Under the pieces are notes generated by a model, which saw only the letters and a list, made by a program, of their open reading frames with translations, searched no databases and was not told the DNA's origin. This document shows positions 63,937 through 64,000 of a stretch of 64,000 nucleotides of DNA, piece by piece. The position numbers and the translations under genes are program-made. The stretch covers positions 233,757 to 297,756 of the forward strand of contig CAWBKH010000003.1 in NCBI GenBank assembly GCA_963789335.1, in the 5' to 3' direction. Position 1 is the stretch's first letter; each line of letters begins with the position of its first letter. This DNA is from an uncultured Verrucomicrobiae bacterium. GTDB lineage: Bacteria > Verrucomicrobiota > Verrucomicrobiia > Limisphaerales > UBA11358.

Positions 63937-64000
63937 AATTTCCGCGCAATGCCCGGTTGTTGCGCAGCACGCTTGACGTGGCGCCATTCGCGGTGGTTTT
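63933..64000 (+). CDS. ExbD/TolR-family protein, 5' fragment (continues beyond window)
   Basis: The ATG overlaps the tolQ-like stop (ATGA). The sequence MKFPRNARLLRSTLDVAPFAVV matches the usual ExbD/TolR N-terminus. Confidence 0.6.
   Translation, partial: MKFPRNARLLRSTLDVAPFAVV

Overview
The window reads as a chromosomal segment of a high-GC bacterium. I infer a PVC or Verrucomicrobia-like lineage from the LL-DAP aminotransferase DapL, a PEP-CTERM protein and the style of the intergenic repeats. No search was possible and all family calls come from motifs read by eye.

Most of the window is housekeeping:
- gntK, tRNA-Asp, mutL, rnc, an IscU-like protein, moeZ, PNP
- coaD-yceD-rpmF-plsX-fabH
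- the rpmH-rnpA-yidD-yidC-jag operon
- purB, a rhomboid protease, lolCDE-type genes, folD, rluB
- an M48 peptidase, dapL, hpt, tolQ/exbD
- several sensor kinases and a CHASE2 cyclase

Accessory or unusual content:
1. An island at about 39.0-47.9 kb holds a GNAT, a 1699-aa single-chain Type ISP-like restriction-modification enzyme, and a tightly coupled three-gene cassette (antitoxin, ParE/RelE-like toxin, short DprA-like protein). The cassette is bracketed by near-identical direct repeats that duplicate the 3' end of the neighbouring gene.
2. GC-rich palindromic elements are inserted in frame inside the GNAT gene (52 bp) and inside the Type ISP gene (about 148 bp with 20-bp terminal inverted repeats).
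3. At least 11 intergenic hairpins have arms built from stuttering 5-9-mers. They occur only between co-directional genes, including inside the yidC and lol operons.
4. An IS5-family element (1158 bp, 16-bp inverted repeats, TTA duplication) splits an AT-rich orphan gene.
5. Beside the IS sits a degraded sugar-acid locus: a frameshifted Ldh_2 oxidoreductase, a PfkB kinase with an in-frame TAG plus three frame switches, and a frameshifted SDR.
6. A 100-bp duplicate of the first 33 codons of dapL lies 377 bp upstream of dapL. It differs almost only at synonymous sites, and a 74-aa ORF sits between the two copies.

Caveat: yidC, normally essential, also carries a frameshift, and most of the indels I could localise sit at short homopolymers. 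Assembly indel error is therefore a live alternative for most of the frameshifts. It does not explain the TAG nonsense codon.

No CRISPR array, rRNA, integrase or prophage was seen.
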